Assembly (NCBI RefSeq): GCF_006345805.1 | Contig: NC_043015.1 | Coordinates: 31,124,001-31,188,000 of the forward strand | DNA length: 64,000 nt | Direction of reading: 5' to 3' | Source of the DNA: Octopus sinensis | Lineage: Eukaryota | Shown: one piece after another, positions 39,884-54,305 of the stretch | Numbering within the stretch: the stretch's first letter is position 1 | Layout: every line of letters starts with the position of its first letter | Notes under the pieces: generated by a model | The model's database searches: none | The model's input: only the letters and a program-made list of their open reading frames with translations | Told to the model about the DNA's origin: nothing | Translations under genes and position numbers: made by a program

Positions 39884-40200
39884 CATCATTGTTTTACGTC
39901 CGTTTTCCATGCTGGCATGGATTGGACAGTCTGACTGAGGTCCGGAGAGCCAGCAGCCGCAACAGGCTTAAATCTGATCTGGCAATGTTTCTACAGCTGG
40001 ATGCCCTTCCTAATGCCAACCACTCTGACAGTGTAATGAGCGCTTTTTACGTGCCACCAGCATTGGAGCCAGTCAGGTGGCCCTGGGGCATTGATCACAT
40101 TCAGATAGTGCTTTTTACATTCCACTGGCATGGCAGCCAGTCAGGGGGCACTGGCATGGCAGCCACGTTTGGATGGTGCTTTTTACATGCCACCACTTTT
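39884..40200 (-). mobile_element. SINE family 3 copy
   Basis: Same blocks as 5056-5375. Confidence 0.75.
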
Positions 40201-40379
40201 TACGTGTCTTGAATTCCTCTGTTATTGCCTGGAGGAGGAGGGGAGGAAGAGTAGGAGGAGGATGATTGTTTAATAGGCAGCTGCCCTTCTGTGTTTTGTT
40301 TTGTTTTTGTCATGCAGTTCCCATCTACCAAATTCAGCTCATAAAGTATTGGTTGAGCCAATGATATGGTAGAATACAT

Positions 40380-40610
40380 GGCGGCAAGCTGGCAGAATCG
40401 TTAGCATGCCGGGCGAAATGCTTAGCAGTATTTCGTCTGCCGTTACGTTGTGAGTTCAAATTCCGCCGAGGTCAACTTTGCCTTTTATCCTTTCGGGGTC
40501 GATAAATAAAGTATCAGTTACGCACTGGGGTCATTGTAATCGACTTAATCCATTTGTCTGTCCTTGTTTGTCCCCTCTGTGTTTAGCCCCTTGGGGGTAG
40601 TAAAGAAATA
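40380..40610 (+). mobile_element. SINE family 2, nested in a family 1 SINE fragment
   Basis: TSD gatatggtagaa(t/g)aca at 40363-40378 and 40611-40626. Confidence 0.85.
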
Positions 40611-42615
40611 GATATGGTAGAAGACACTTGTCCAAGGTATGCTGCACAGTGGGGGGGAAATGAACCTGGAACCATGCTGTTACGAGATGGACTTAGTCAG
40701 TCACACAGCCATCCATGCCTGCAACCAACAAGTAGACGCTGCAAACGGCAGAGTGTAATTGGGATTGGCAATACCGGCAAACCGCATGATGGTTTGTTGC
40801 CAATCAGGAATCAATAACTGAATCTTTGTTACCTGTCTACAATTACTGGCAAAACCTGTTGTTATGTAAGGACACACTGACCAACAAATTAGAAACATGC
40901 TTTTACATGTCACAAAACACTCCTACACAATATCTCACTAAATAACATAGTCATGTCGCATGGCTCTGTTTCAAGACGGACTCTAAGAACCTGTCAAGAA
41001 TAGTGCAACTGTGTGTTACACCCACATCTTTGGTCAGCCACGCGCATGTATATGTGTGGTGGATGAGTTCTTCAGTAATCTAAATAACGGTTGCAGTCAT
41101 TCCCATCTTGCACTTTCCAAGGAAAGTGACCGTCACAAGCTTTCGACAAGGCCCTTATTTCTTCAATATAGGGAGAGAAGAAAAACTTGCAAATATATTC
41201 TCACTCATAACTCAACAAGTTAATATTGTTTTAAGAGATGAATTTTGCAAAATATCTTCTGTTAATTAAAATGATGATGACGATGATGATGATAGCTGTT
41301 TATCTTGATATGAGATCACCAAGTTGCACACATATGGTTGTGATGCATTTGCCCAGTGTACTCTTATCAGATGGGTAGTCATGATGGGTATACTGGGCTT
41401 CATAAATTGTACCCCAGTGTCACTTTGATGGGATACACAGCTCTCTTGCTAAATGATGATGATGATGATGATAATGCCTTGATGCAGTATTAGGCACTGG
41501 TTCTCATGAATTCTAATCTTAACTGATTGGAAGTGTTATCATGTACATGTTTTGTCTCGGTATAAAAAAGATGGGCAACAGCAAATATTCTGCTCAATAC
41601 CAGATTGGCCCCCATTCATGACTGATATTTTATTTCAGCACTTATATAACATTACACACATACATATATATATGGCTCAGTCACACTATACAGTGCCTTG
41701 TACAAGTGTCTTCTACTATAGCCCTAGGTTTTAGTAGACCAGTGTGTGTGTGTGTGTCTCTCTCTCTGCTATGGCAATGTGTGATAGTTGCAAACAAGCA
41801 TCACTATCATGCAAGTGGTGTTGTTTGTTTCCAGTCTTTCGCATAGACATATCCAGCCAAAGGGAAATATTATCTTGCTTGGAAGCAGATCAGGATTAGG
41901 GACAAGAAGGGTATCTGGCTGTAGAGAATCAGCTTCAATGAATTCTGAGAGATGCAAGCATGGAAAAACAGGTGATAAAACGATGACAAAATAACGATAA
42001 TACTATTACATGTTACAGATGCACTCACTCATACACAAACACATACACTCATACAGACACACACAGAGCTTAATCAGAGGCAGTAGTGTAATGGCCATGA
42101 CCTTTACAGACTGTAAACTGGTGAGAGAGAGAGAAAGGGAAGCCAAACACCACAATTCCTGGGTTACAGGAGTAAGAAAGAACACACCAACATATTGATA
42201 TACCTAACTCCAGGCCAGAGATAAGGTCCATATGCTTACAGCAGAACATATGCCACTAAAGACTCACAACTTTAGATCTTCCAGCCAAAGCTAAGTTTGA
42301 ACTAACAACAGCGAAATACCCAGAATGCAACAGTAAAGCTACCTTTTGGGTATTCAGTCATCATGATGCATCTAAATATTGAACTGAAAACACCATGCTC
42401 TCATCAAAACCGTTGTTGTGCCTAAATCCATCTGTTCACAAAGAACCGGCCAAGGATACGTCTCTAGAAACAGTCGAACCAAATTCCCATGCGTCTGGCA
42501 AAATATTATTGCAGATATTTTTAGTTGTCTTTCCTCAATCATACACGATCAACTAAACTATCTGTTGCTTAATCTCAGAGACCATCACATATGCTATTAA
42601 ACAGATTGCAAAAAA

Positions 42616-42845
42616 GGCGGCGAGCTGGCAGAAACGTAAACACGCCGGGCGAAATGCTTAGCCGTATTTCGTCTGCCATTAGGTTCTGAGTTCAAATTCC
42701 GCCGAAGTCGACTTTGTCTTTCATCCTTTCGGGGTCGATAAATTAAGTACCAGTTACACACTGGGGTCGATATAATCGACTTAATCCGTTTGTCTGTCCT
42801 TGTTTGTCCTCTCTGTGTTTAGCCCCTTGTGGGTAGTAAAGAAAA
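42616..42845 (+). mobile_element. SINE family 2 copy
   Basis: TSD agattgcaaa at 42603-42612 and 42846-42855. Confidence 0.85.
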
Positions 42846-44397
42846 AGATTGCAAATGTACTTTCAAATAGAATGCTTATAGCAAGGAACTTTCTCTTTGA
42901 AATGGATGGAGATAAAGCAGAATGTACAACTATTACTGTTCTCAGCCCTTTGTTTTTGGGGTCCATTTTTTTATATATATTATACCATCGGTAAAGACCT
43001 GCATTTGCTGGTAGAATATTTAGGCAGGATACGGCCAGTTTAAGTGCTAAAGGATTAAATCTACCACCCAGCTGAAGAATTCTCAAATCCTGGACTGGTA
43101 TAATAGTACCCAGAAGATGAGAAGGTATCAGGGGGTATTTAGGATATTACCTCAATCAGTTCACTTCTTAAGTTTCTCTGAAGTACATCAGGAATCTTTT
43201 CTTGATAAAGCAGCCAATACCTTAGGTTCTGGTAGGATCAAGAGGCACTACTGCTGTATCAGAATCCTTCAGTTCTGCAAGGATGCTGCTAATTATCACC
43301 TCTGAGTGATGACTAACACCTATTAAGTATCAGGTTTCTCGTAAATTCCAATATTTTGGTTACACTGTACAGGAAATAAACAATGAATATTCCGTTATCA
43401 CCATTTATAACAGTAAAGACAATGATGGAGATGCTGATACATCCTATTTCGAGTAGCTTTTCCATAGTAAAAGAAGCAGTCTTAGCAGTTGCTCAACCTG
43501 CTAGAAATAGCAGCCAAATTTCCATCAGCTGTGCCCTGAAGTCTTTTAAAAAAAAGAGAGACAAATTGAGTAATGAAGTCCTAGAGTTGTCAGAGCATCA
43601 ATTAGAATACCCCTTGGTGTTTGTTTCATGTCTCTGTGCTCCAAGTTCAAATTCCACGGGGGTCAACTTTTATCTTGTCAGAGTCAATAAAAAGTACCGA
43701 CCCAACTGTAAGGATGTCAGACTAGAATACAGGCTTTATTCTGGCTCTTTGTTGTCTGAGTTCAAATCCCATCCTAGTTCTACTTTTCACAAGCCCTACA
43801 GACAGCATGCACTTACTCTTCAACAAAAATTATAAAAAATAAAGTAATTACTTTACATATATAAAATTATATAAATAATTCAGCACACGATCTCAGATCA
43901 AATCACTTGCTATGCAAGTACATCTCCATAATTATATAAATATTCTTGTAAGAAATTGAATGAACTAATACAATCTTCTTCGTCATTCAACTTTTTGGCC
44001 AACAGATCGGTCCTGTCATCACTTAATGGTTAATCAGCTCTGATTGAGCAAATTTATGGTCAAAGAGAGTCCTTCTCTGCTCATCCCATATTCATTTCAA
44101 TATAGTGTGGTGTGGACTACATTATTTCTAGGTAGAGTGTAGTTTAAAGGGAATTATATTAACATTTTTAGCTACACTCACAGAGTGGTCGGCGTTAAGG
44201 AGGGCATCCAGCTGTAGAAACACTGCCAGATCAGACTGGAGCCTGGTGTGGCCTCCTGGCTTCCCAGACCCCAGTCAAACTGTCCAACCCATGCTAGCAT
44301 GGAAAACGGACATTAAACGATGATGATTTTTAGCCTATCAAACAATAGCACAGAAGCTGCCTGACGGGCCCAAAATTATTACAAATATATTCTAGAA

Positions 44398-44721
44398 CAG
44401 TGATTCTTTACCAGAATCCATATGATCTCTGACAGTCCATATAAGATTTTTTGAAGTCCAAGCAAGCAAAACAGTAAATTGGAGATTCACAGTAATATTT
44501 TAAGGCTCCATGAAAATAATTTGCTTTATCGCAAGAAACAGCTGGGTTTCTTTCTCTGACGTTTTACATAGTTTAACCTGCAAAAGTGAATGCGTGAAAA
44601 ACAAAATAGGAAGTTTGAAAGCAATCTATAAAACTAGTTTTCAAACATCAAATGGCTATGGGGATCCACCAGAATAAAATAGCAACCAAAGGGGTCCATA
44701 GATAATGGTTCAGAATCACTG
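44398..44721. mobile_element. hAT (Charlie-like) MITE
   Basis: TIR cagtgattct/agaatcactg; 8-bp TSD ttctagaa/ttctagag; the 3' part resembles 14856-15261. Confidence 0.75.
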
Positions 44722-44887
44722 TTCTAGAGGTAACCAAGATCATCATGACCAAAGTGAGCTTGGTCAGGACATAACAATTGTCCCTCTGTGATGTGCATCC
44801 TCACACAATATTAAAGATTAAGGAACTTCTTGCTGCAACTGCTGTTTGAGTGTATTGTTGTTTGTCTGGACCAGTGGTTCTTCTCAG

Positions 44888-44975
44888 AGAGGGTGCTACC
44901 ACCCAAACCCAGAACTAAGAGGGTGCTACCACCCAAACCTAGAACTAAGAGGGTGCTACCACCCAAACCCAGAAA
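44888..44975. repeat. Minisatellite, 30-bp unit x3 (agagggtgctaccacccaaacccagaacta)
   Basis: Direct reading; gives RVLPPKPRTK repeats in a spurious ORF. Confidence 0.9.
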
Positions 44976-46260
44976 AACTGGTTCAGTTAAACAAAGGCAC
45001 ACACAAGTGGGTGATAACTGTCAAGGGGACACAAGGGGTAAGTGTGTATTTGGGGGTGGGACATGATTTTTTTTTTTATTAGAAATGAAATATTTGACCC
45101 TTTAGCATTCAGATTTTTCTGTCAAATGTAATGCCATGCAGTGGAACTGAACCTGGAACCATGTAGTTGGGAAGCAAGCTTCTTAGCACACAGCCACACC
45201 TATTTTTGTTTTTGTGGGGAGCAAGACCTGGGAAGGAGACATTTATAAAAAAAAATTTAGTGGTAAAAGAAGCAAAAGGAGGGGAATGAGTTACATTAGG
45301 TTAGGTACCACAGATCTCAGTTAAGTAACGGTCTTCGTGATCTTTGGATTTGGACAGAACTGAAAAATTGGACCGAGTGAATGAGCAAGGACAGAGCTGG
45401 CAAGAACTGAGCGAGTGGAGCTTTTCACACAGCCAGATGCACTTTCATTCTGAACATCTTTTGTTTCATTGTGTAAAGTATTGTTGTTGTTTAGCCCCAG
45501 GTCAACCCACACCAAGTAGACCTGTGATGTCCGTGATCATGATCACCCCATCCCATCGTTTCCCTATATGCAGAGAACCTAGGAACACATTATCCAACAT
45601 GTCACTTAGAAAACAAAAATTTTATGTCGAAAAACACAATAGTGCAATTCGAAGAAGTTTTGGCTGTTATTTCTAGCAGATTGAGCAGCCACGTAGGGAG
45701 AAACTGCATTGGCTCATTTTGTAGGTGATGTGTAGGTGTGGCCTGTGCACAGTCTCTGACGTGTTGTGTTGTTTGTTGTGGAGAGAGACTGGGAATCCAC
45801 ACATGACTGAAATAGTTAAATGATTAATGTTTTGTTTATATACTGGCATGATTGTTTGGGTTGAAGAAATGCTGCCGAGTTTTGTGTTAATGTTCATAGT
45901 TTTGGTCAGTTGAGATGTTAATAATACCAGTCACCTGGTGGGCTCAGTTCAATCAACCGAGACCCTCTCATATACATATTTGAGCTCTTGTGCAGGTGTT
46001 GAAATCCATTGTTATTATTCACAAATTTATATACAATATGTGTGTGAATACATACATACTTATCCAACATGCCCTTCCTAACGCCAACTACACTCACGGA
46101 ATGGTTGGCGTTAGGAAGGGCATCCAGCTGTAGAAACACTGCCAGATCAGACTGTTGCCTGGTGCAGCCTTCTGGCTTCCCAGACCCCAGTTGAACCATC
46201 CAACCCATGCTAGCATGGAAAGCGGACGTTAAACGATGATGATATGATGATGATGACTTA

Positions 46261-46292
<32 letters not shown>

Positions 46293-46500
46293 TTTATATG
46301 GTGTCCCTTGTTTCCAACCTCCTATGAAAAGATAAACAGTTAGGGGCAAGTATTTATTACCTTGGAAGGGCAACTGGCCATAGAAAATCTGTCTAAATTA
46401 GTTCTGTATAATTCATACCAAGCATGGAAAAGTGGACATTAAAATAATGAAGACAATTTGTGTGCATGTGTGTGTGTGTGTGTTGTGTGTGTGTATACAC

Positions 46501-46718
46501 ATGAGGAGGTACTGAAAAGTTCCAGGCTTTAAGGGTATTGCAAAAGGCCTGGTTGGAGGCCCAACCTTCTGAGTTCTTTTACAGGGTTTTAGAAAAACTG
46601 AAGGACCACTGCAATAAGTGTGAATCTGAGAGGGGAGTGTGTTGAGTAAAATCATAATTAACTGATCCTCCTGTATCTTCTTTTACCCCAAACCAGGAAC
46701 TTTTCAGCACCCCCTTGT
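46501..46718 (+). mobile_element. Mariner-derived MITE
   Basis: TIRs gaggaggtactgaaaagttcc / ggaacttttcagcaccccctt; internal remnant WLEAQPSEFFYRVLEKLKDHCNKCVNLRGECVE* like a mariner C-terminus. Confidence 0.8.
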
Positions 46719-46723
46719 GTGTG

Positions 46724-46764
<41 letters not shown>

Positions 46765-46815
46765 TTAAATATTATATAAAATGTAAGAGATAGAAAATTG
46801 AATTCACGAGACTAT

Positions 46816-47140
46816 TTAGAACCACTATGATCATTTTGACCCATCGTGCACCGGTGCCTTACAGGTGAGATGCTGTTCAAACAGTTGTCATGCATCATAG
46901 GTGCAGATGCATCTCCTCAGATGTACTTTTCGAAAAGTACCTAGTTTTTTAACTTGCAATTTCGGTAATTTCTATAACGAACACATTTTGCTTAGCGTAG
47001 CGTAGCATACTATCCATCTCTGTAAGGAAAAACACGGAGGAGAGACATCTACACCTACGGTGCATGACAACTGTTTGTACACCACCTCACCTGTAAGGTA
47101 AAAGTGCATGATGGGTGAAAAGGATCGTAGAGGTTCCGAA
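46816..47140. mobile_element. MITE with ~105-bp imperfect terminal inverted repeats
   Basis: ccttacaggtgag/ctcacctgtaagg, aacagttgtcatgca/tgcatgacaactgtt, acccatcgtgcac/gtgcatgatgggt. Confidence 0.75.
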
Positions 47141-47599
47141 TGAATTAATTCCTTTTTCTGTTCTCTTCACATTTTTCAGAACGCAAATGAATTCCTGAAA
47201 TAAATTCAGAGGCATCTACTTCCATACTGTTGTTGACACCAGGTAACCAAATACTGCGGGCAGGCTTTAAACGGCATACTACATCGTATATACCCAAAGA
47301 TAAAATACACACACAAATATGTGATATACAGATATACAATATACACATACATCAACATACATAGATGTATTTAGGTAAATATATACACATACATCGTATA
47401 TATATACACACGCGTGTGTGTGTAAATAAACAGTTTGTGTATAAATGTGCAGTTTATACGCATACACACAATTACATCAATGCAGTTTAGCACACACACA
47501 CACATGCATATATACACACACTTGAACATTCTACATAGTCTTGTAATATATACGCATCACGGTGTTGTGTTAGTATATGTTACTGTGTTTGTGTACGTG

Positions 47600-47636
47600 T
47601 GGGTGGATAATGTGTTTACGTGAATCACCACGTATG

Positions 47637-47699
<63 letters not shown>

Positions 47700-47972
47700 C
47701 TAGAGTGATGTTTGCCAACATGTGTGGGCGGCGGCGGGCGGGTGAGGGGTGGGGAGGAGGTGAAGGAAGTGTGCTTCTGTGTCTGGCACACAAGAAGTTT
47801 AAAGCAACAGCGAGTAATTTCCTACTCCCACCCACCCTCGCTCCTTCCTGCCTTCCTTTCCATCTCTCAGCTGGGCTTCGGGCAGCTTACACACACACAC
47901 ACACACACACACCGACTGACAGCAGTAACAGTAAATAGCAGGTCTATCTACCGGAGGAGGAGGAGGTGGAGA

Positions 47973-48005
<33 letters not shown>

Positions 48006-50400
48006 CTGGCAAGTACCAAGCATCACAGAGAGGGCGAGTTTAGGAAGAGGAAGAGGCAGAGGAGGTGGAGGAGGAGGCGAAAAGGAGACTGCATGCATAG
48101 TTCCAACTTCTGTCTGTTTGTCTCTCTCTCTCTCTCTCCCTCTCTCACACGCATGCATGAGATAATGCAAGGGTAGACACGGAGAGAGAGAGAGAGACAG
48201 ACAGAGATGAAAGGGTAAGGGTAGTTAGGGGGTCTAATCTCTCATTACATACGGGGCACACACACACTAGTGACATACCAAAACACTATCGCGAAGCCAT
48301 TATTTCTGACCATTCTGTGCGAGTGTATATACTAAAGCAGGACCTTGCCTTATGCGCTACTATTAATACTACAAACAGTACTATTACCCCAAATGTATAC
48401 AAACACACACAATATACTCGGAACACTGTGCGTTTACACATTATTACACACACACATTATTACACGCACACACACACATATATACACCTCGAGAAAGTAA
48501 AACAACTCTAATAGTACTAAGGTTGTTACTACTACTACTACTACTACTATTACTACTAGTAATTAGTTGCATCTAAGTCCAGAGGAGTTTGTAATTAGCA
48601 GAAACCAAATAATAAAAAAAATGGTGGTGGTGGTCGTGGATGGATGGATGGTATGGTGTTGATGACGGGTTGAAGATTAAAAAGAAAGATTTAAAAGATA
48701 TAAAAGAAAAAAAATCAAAGTATTGAAATTACGAACAGTAAATATATTCCGAAAGATGAGAGAGAGAGAGAGAAAGAAAGAAAGAATAAAAGACCAGCAG
48801 TTGGAATGGTAGAGGAGTGTTTTGAAGAAATGGTGATGATAGTGGTGGTGGTGGTGGTGATGATGATGGTACTGTTGTGATATATGGTGTCAATGGTGCC
48901 GATTAACTCGCCCCTCCCAACATGCCCCACACACACGGTTTAGACTAAAGAAAAAGCCTGTATCCCACCCCCCACCTCTTTCTCCCACCACAAGACAATC
49001 TTGATGTAATTGAAGGACAGAGCGAAGAAGCGATCTCACACACACACACACGCACACCGCATCATCATCCACTCTATCCAGTTTTTGCTCCAGAAGCGAA
49101 GCAATAAATGATGGTTTGTTGGAGGATGAAGAGGTCCGACGGAGAGAAAAAAAAGAAGGGCATGTACACCACCACAGCACTGCATGGTTGTGGGTGGTGG
49201 TAGAGGCGGGGGCAGCAAAAAAATTCAGTACTGACTTACCTCAAAAGGGAAATATTTCTAAAGCAGAAGCATTTGTCTGGGCTCCACTGGCGGCGATTGC
49301 ATGAATAAGCCATGGAAGGAAGGAAAGACTCAAAGAGAGAGAGAGAGAAAGAAAGTGAAGGATGAGAGAGAGAGAGAAGGGGGTGAACATCTGTTAGAAG
49401 ATGAAGTCAGTTTCTGACGAGGGAGTTGTGGGTGGAAGGGAAAGTGAAGGGGAGTATTTAGGCTTGACGGAGGTGTGCGTGTGTGCTTTACACGTGTGCT
49501 ACGCTGCATGTGGATGGAGTTTTTACACAACTTGTGTGTACTACATTCAATAGTAAACATATATACGGTCGTTTAACTAACCATATACATACATATACGC
49601 GTATATGTGTAAATACACACATACATATATATATATATATATGAAGCAATACACGTGCAAGCGAACACACAATTCTCAGAGTTTAATCCATACACTTATA
49701 ACAAATGATAGAAGGATAGGTTCTTCCTAACGACTATCATAATATTATAACTAAAGAATAAAGAAAAGCAGAGGCAGGAAAGCTTTCAAAATTATTTCTT
49801 AAAGACAGAGCGAGAGAGAAGAGGAAAGACAGATGAGTTAGGGCTTACTTAATAGCTTCCTTCTTCTCCAAAAACAGTGGATGCTGCAAGAGGCCCGCTT
49901 TTCAAAACTCAAAGTAGGCCCCCTTTCATAACTTCCCACTAATAAAACTTGCCTGGCCTGGCCTGGTCTGGTCTGGCCTGCTTCATAATAGACTTCACTA
50001 CTGACTTGTCTTGAGAGTGAAACTGTGTGTGGAGAGTTTGGGAGTGGCAGCAGCGAAGTCTTGGAGAGCGGACGATGGGACGGCGAGGGGGGACGGGGGC
50101 AAGAAGACGGCGTGCAGGAGAGGAAGAGAGAGAGGAGGGGAGAGTGAAGTGGAGGTTAATCTCGCAAAGACGATGGTGGGGGAGAGTGAGAAGGGGGGGA
50201 AATCTAGTGGCGGGGTAGCTATTACTGGATGAAGGAAGGCGGGTACGGGTGCAGAACCACAGAACCAATGCCTGACTTCTCGTAGGTCATACTACACACC
50301 AGCATCAATTAATTGTGGCCGTATCACTACTAGTAGTAAGGCGGCGGCGCGGCAGCAGCAGCAGTAGTAGTAGTAGTAGTAGTAGTAATAGTTGCACTAC
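47600..50400. promoter_or_regulatory. Putative internal promoter / alternative first-exon region
   Basis: About 2.8 kb without recognisable SINEs, richer in CpG, GC boxes (gggcgg), G-tracts and (GA)n; two strong minus-strand donors (AG|gtaagt at 49240/49239, AA|gtaagc at 49849/49848). Confidence 0.35.
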
Positions 50401-52178
50401 TATTGAGAGATTGCAGAACTCAATACAGTCTTTATTATATGTTGTGTGTGCGCGTGTGTATGTGTGTGCGTGCATGCGTGCGTGCGTGCGCGCACACACA
50501 CATGTATTCTTTTATTTGTGTTCGGTAATTTGACTGCGGCCATGCTGGAGCACCGCCTTACACACACACACACACACACACACACAGATATGTAATGTAT
50601 ATACGTACACATGAATATACATACATGTAAATGCATTTATATATTGTATATATGGTACAAAAAAAAGCATGCAAACAAGGTAAAAAACAACAACACCCAA
50701 ACAGGGCGTATTAGGTTGATTCTGCATCATAAGAGGCAAGAAGTATAAAAGCCAGCCACTGAACTCAACGATACGGTTTCAATTCCTGACAAGCTAATTC
50801 AATCCAACTCCTCACTTCTAATAATCTCTACAAACATCACAGCAGTTTGTCTCCCTCTCTCCGGAGAACCAGCAATCAAATCTCTTCCAAACTGGGACAC
50901 ATTGAATAATGTAATCAGAGATACACTATGCCATATAAGAAAAGAAAAAAAAGGCAGTATGATCACAGCTAAATGCATTTTATCAGGGATCATCTTGGTC
51001 AGACCTAAACAGCAAGGGATGGTTTGTTTACCATCACAATCACCATCATCATAAGAAAGTGAGCTGGCAGAATCATTTACATGTCAGGAAAATATTTTGC
51101 AGTTTTTGTTGCTCTGACTTTTATATTCTGTGTTCAAATCCTACCAAGGTAAATTTTGCCTTTCATTTCACCAGGGTCAATAAAATAATAAAGTGCTGGC
51201 CTTGAGCCAAAACTTGAAACAAAGGACAGCAAGTTGGCAGAATGGTTAGAGCATCAGAAAAATGACTTGCAATATGTTTCATACTTATCTTTACGTTCTG
51301 AGTTCAAATCCCGCAAAGGTCAACTTTGCCTTTCGTCCTTTTGGTTTTGATAAAATTAACAGTCAAATACAGGGATGGATGTAATCAACAAATACCCAGA
51401 CCCCTAAAACTGCTGGCCTTGTGCCGACATTTGAAGCAATTATTATCATCGTCATTGCATTGAAGATGGTGATTGGCAGAGATAACAGAACAAAAATAAC
51501 AAAAATCTCTGGTTGCATCCCTTTACATTCTGAGTTCAAATCCCACAAAATAACAACAGCCTTTCTGTGTGACCTTACACCAAAATTAGGAGTCGTTATC
51601 ATAATCATACTGAATGGTCTCCAACCCTGGCCAGAAACAACAGTAATTACATCAACTGATAATAATGGTTTCAAATTTCGACACAAGGCCAGCAATTTTA
51701 AGGGAGGGGTTAAGTCAATTACATCGACCCCAGTGTGCAACTGGTACTTATTGTATCCACTCCTGAAGGATGAGATGCAAAGTCAACCCCCGTGACATTT
51801 TGAACTCAGAACACAAAAACAGATGAAATGCCATTAAGCATTTAGCCCAGTAAGCTAATGACTCTGCTACGTTAATTAGTAATAATGAGCTTCTTGTATA
51901 CAGTGTTCAGGTACACAACAACCTGTTGGGAAAAGTAAAAGAAAAGGAAATTCACGGGACAGAAAGCAGGAATAAGTCAAATAAAGAAAGACAGTAATGA
52001 TGTCTACCTGTACCTGTACAGAACACAGAACGAAACAAAAGACAGAAAAATAAAGAGTAATATTGTCATAATGAGAAACAGTTGCATAGGAACAATCTTT
52101 GCATTCAATTGTTCTTGCTATTGTTGCTAAAGATCTACGTTAAATCCTGATCCAGTAGATCTAAGCTAAAAGACATTA

Positions 52179-52214
<36 letters not shown>

Positions 52215-53924
52215 CATATAAAATTCACGATGCTGGTAGTTGGTGTCCAAAGTCAGGACGCCATGATAGATCGTTAGCTCCTACATGCATTTTTTTTCTC
52301 TCCTTGTTTTTTTCTGTGTTCCTTTCTGTAGAAGAGCATAGACTCGAAACGTAAAAGACTTTTTCTATTTCTATTCCTGAGTGCTATACTAATACATTTG
52401 TTTGTTTGTACTCCACCTGCCTTCATCTTTTGTTTATTTTCGTAAACCTTCCCTTTATATATATATATATATATATATATATTTGACTTATTCCTGCTTT
52501 CTGTCCCATGAATTTTCTAAGACAAACAAGTAAACTTCCAGAACTGATGAACTGATATCATGAAAGATTAATTTAATGTAATTCATTTTCCCTACATTAA
52601 CAGCATTAACTGCCTTGAAATTTATTGAAACCAGTAGCATATTTTATTAAAAATGTAAATATTTTCTTTCTTTTGTCCTTGATAAAGTTCTCAGTGCATT
52701 TTCTTACTTTTTCTTCTTCAAATATAAATTTACTCTCTCCCTACACACACACACACACATTTAAAAGTGCAAACAAGAGAAGTTGGATTGTGAGTTCAGT
52801 GATGACATCCTCCACTTCCTCTGACATATAACTGTATATAGTCATTCTGACCCTTGGCTAGTTAAGTGGTCAAGTTAATCCCTTCAGCAAACACAGGGGT
52901 TGAATCAAGCCAGCAAGAAAGCACCCCCATCCCCATCCCACTTGATCTTTTGACCTGCTAAGAATAGCAGTAAAATTACCCTCAAAATCTCACTCTCTAA
53001 TCTTCATAAGAAAAGGCAAGGATGGGACAGACACAACCTAAGCATCTTTGATAAGAGATTTGTTCAATCAGAGTGAAACAACAACAACAACAACAGGAAT
53101 TCATATTTACCTTTCCTCTCCCCTCCCCCACCACTTATCGGTTCCGGTTTAACTTCAAACCAGCCTGACTGAACAGATTTATCGTCAAAGGAGTCCCATA
53201 CGTGACTGACTATTCAGTCATTTTATTATATGAATGACAACAATGTCTAATGTGTCCTACCTTTCTATTTAAGATTGTAAGCTGCAATTTGATGGTAATT
53301 TGGTTGTTATTTCTAAGAGGTCAAGCAATTGTGTGTTAGTCCTTCCATTGATATTGCTGAATCGATTCAATTGACTAAAATGCCGGCTACCAAAACGGTG
53401 GCTCTTGTGGTGCCATCAATGTAAGGAATTATCATTGCTGTTTATTCTATTGAATAATTAACTCAGTGTTTGCTGCCCAATACTAAACCATTCACCAGAC
53501 CTTCAGACAAATTCAATATTGAAGTTGGATTCTCCAGAGAACCACAGAGTGGCAGCAGCGGTAGAAGCGGCAGTAGCAGCAGCAGCAGCAAGTTTTCAAG
53601 CATAAACATAAAAACCAATGAGCTTCTATGTGGTTGTGCAGATCTGCAAGAATTAGCAGCTAAATCTCCCTCAAATCTTAAAAAGTGAAGGAGACATTGC
53701 ACACTGTAGTCTTAGATATACAAGACAGGACGGTCAAAACCGGAGAGTCTTTGGTCATAGATATTATTCATAAAGCCTATCCGAGGGTTAAACAACTACA
53801 AAATAACAAGCAAAACAGCTGTAATGGAGCTATTAGCTGCACAAGGCAAGAGGACATGAGGTACAAAGTTATGCCCAATGGGAAGAGGGAATTTCATGTA
53901 TAGTAAAATTGTGTGATAATAGAC

Positions 53925-54305
53925 AGAGGCATGGTTAGGTGGTTAAGAAGTTTGCTTTGCAACCAGATGATTTCAGGTTTGGTCCCAATGTGTAGGAGCT
54001 TGGGCAAGTGTCTTCTACTGTAGCCCAGGACTAACTAATGTTTTGTGGGTGGATTTGGTAGACAGAAACTGTGTGGAGGCCCATCGTGTGTGTGAATGTG
54101 TGTGTGTTTGTTCCTACCACCACCTGACAACTAATGTTAATGTACATCCCTGTAACCTAGCAACTTGGCAAAAGAGATCAATAGAATAAGTACCAGACTT
54201 AAAAAATCTAGTACTGGGGTTGACTTTTTTTTTTTTTTTACTAAACCCTTCAAGGTGGTGCCCCAGCATGGCTGCAGTTCAATGACTGAAACATGTAAAA
54301 GATAG
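53925..54305 (+). mobile_element. SINE family 1, diverged copy
   Basis: Same head, CORE-like and tail blocks. Confidence 0.7.

Noticed and set aside
40700-41170. Helitron/PIF1 helicase remnant
   Set aside because: Could not recover convincing helicase motifs in any frame.
42260-42420. Minus-strand gtgagt donor as another first exon
   Set aside because: Poor exonic context (GTT|gt), no ATG-initiated frame reaching it, no promoter-like surroundings.
47145-47348. IYDVV...GVNNSM as the missing PH exon (IFDEVDL...NVNNSF)
   Set aside because: Only a few matching residues, no AG acceptor at the expected position, weak donor.
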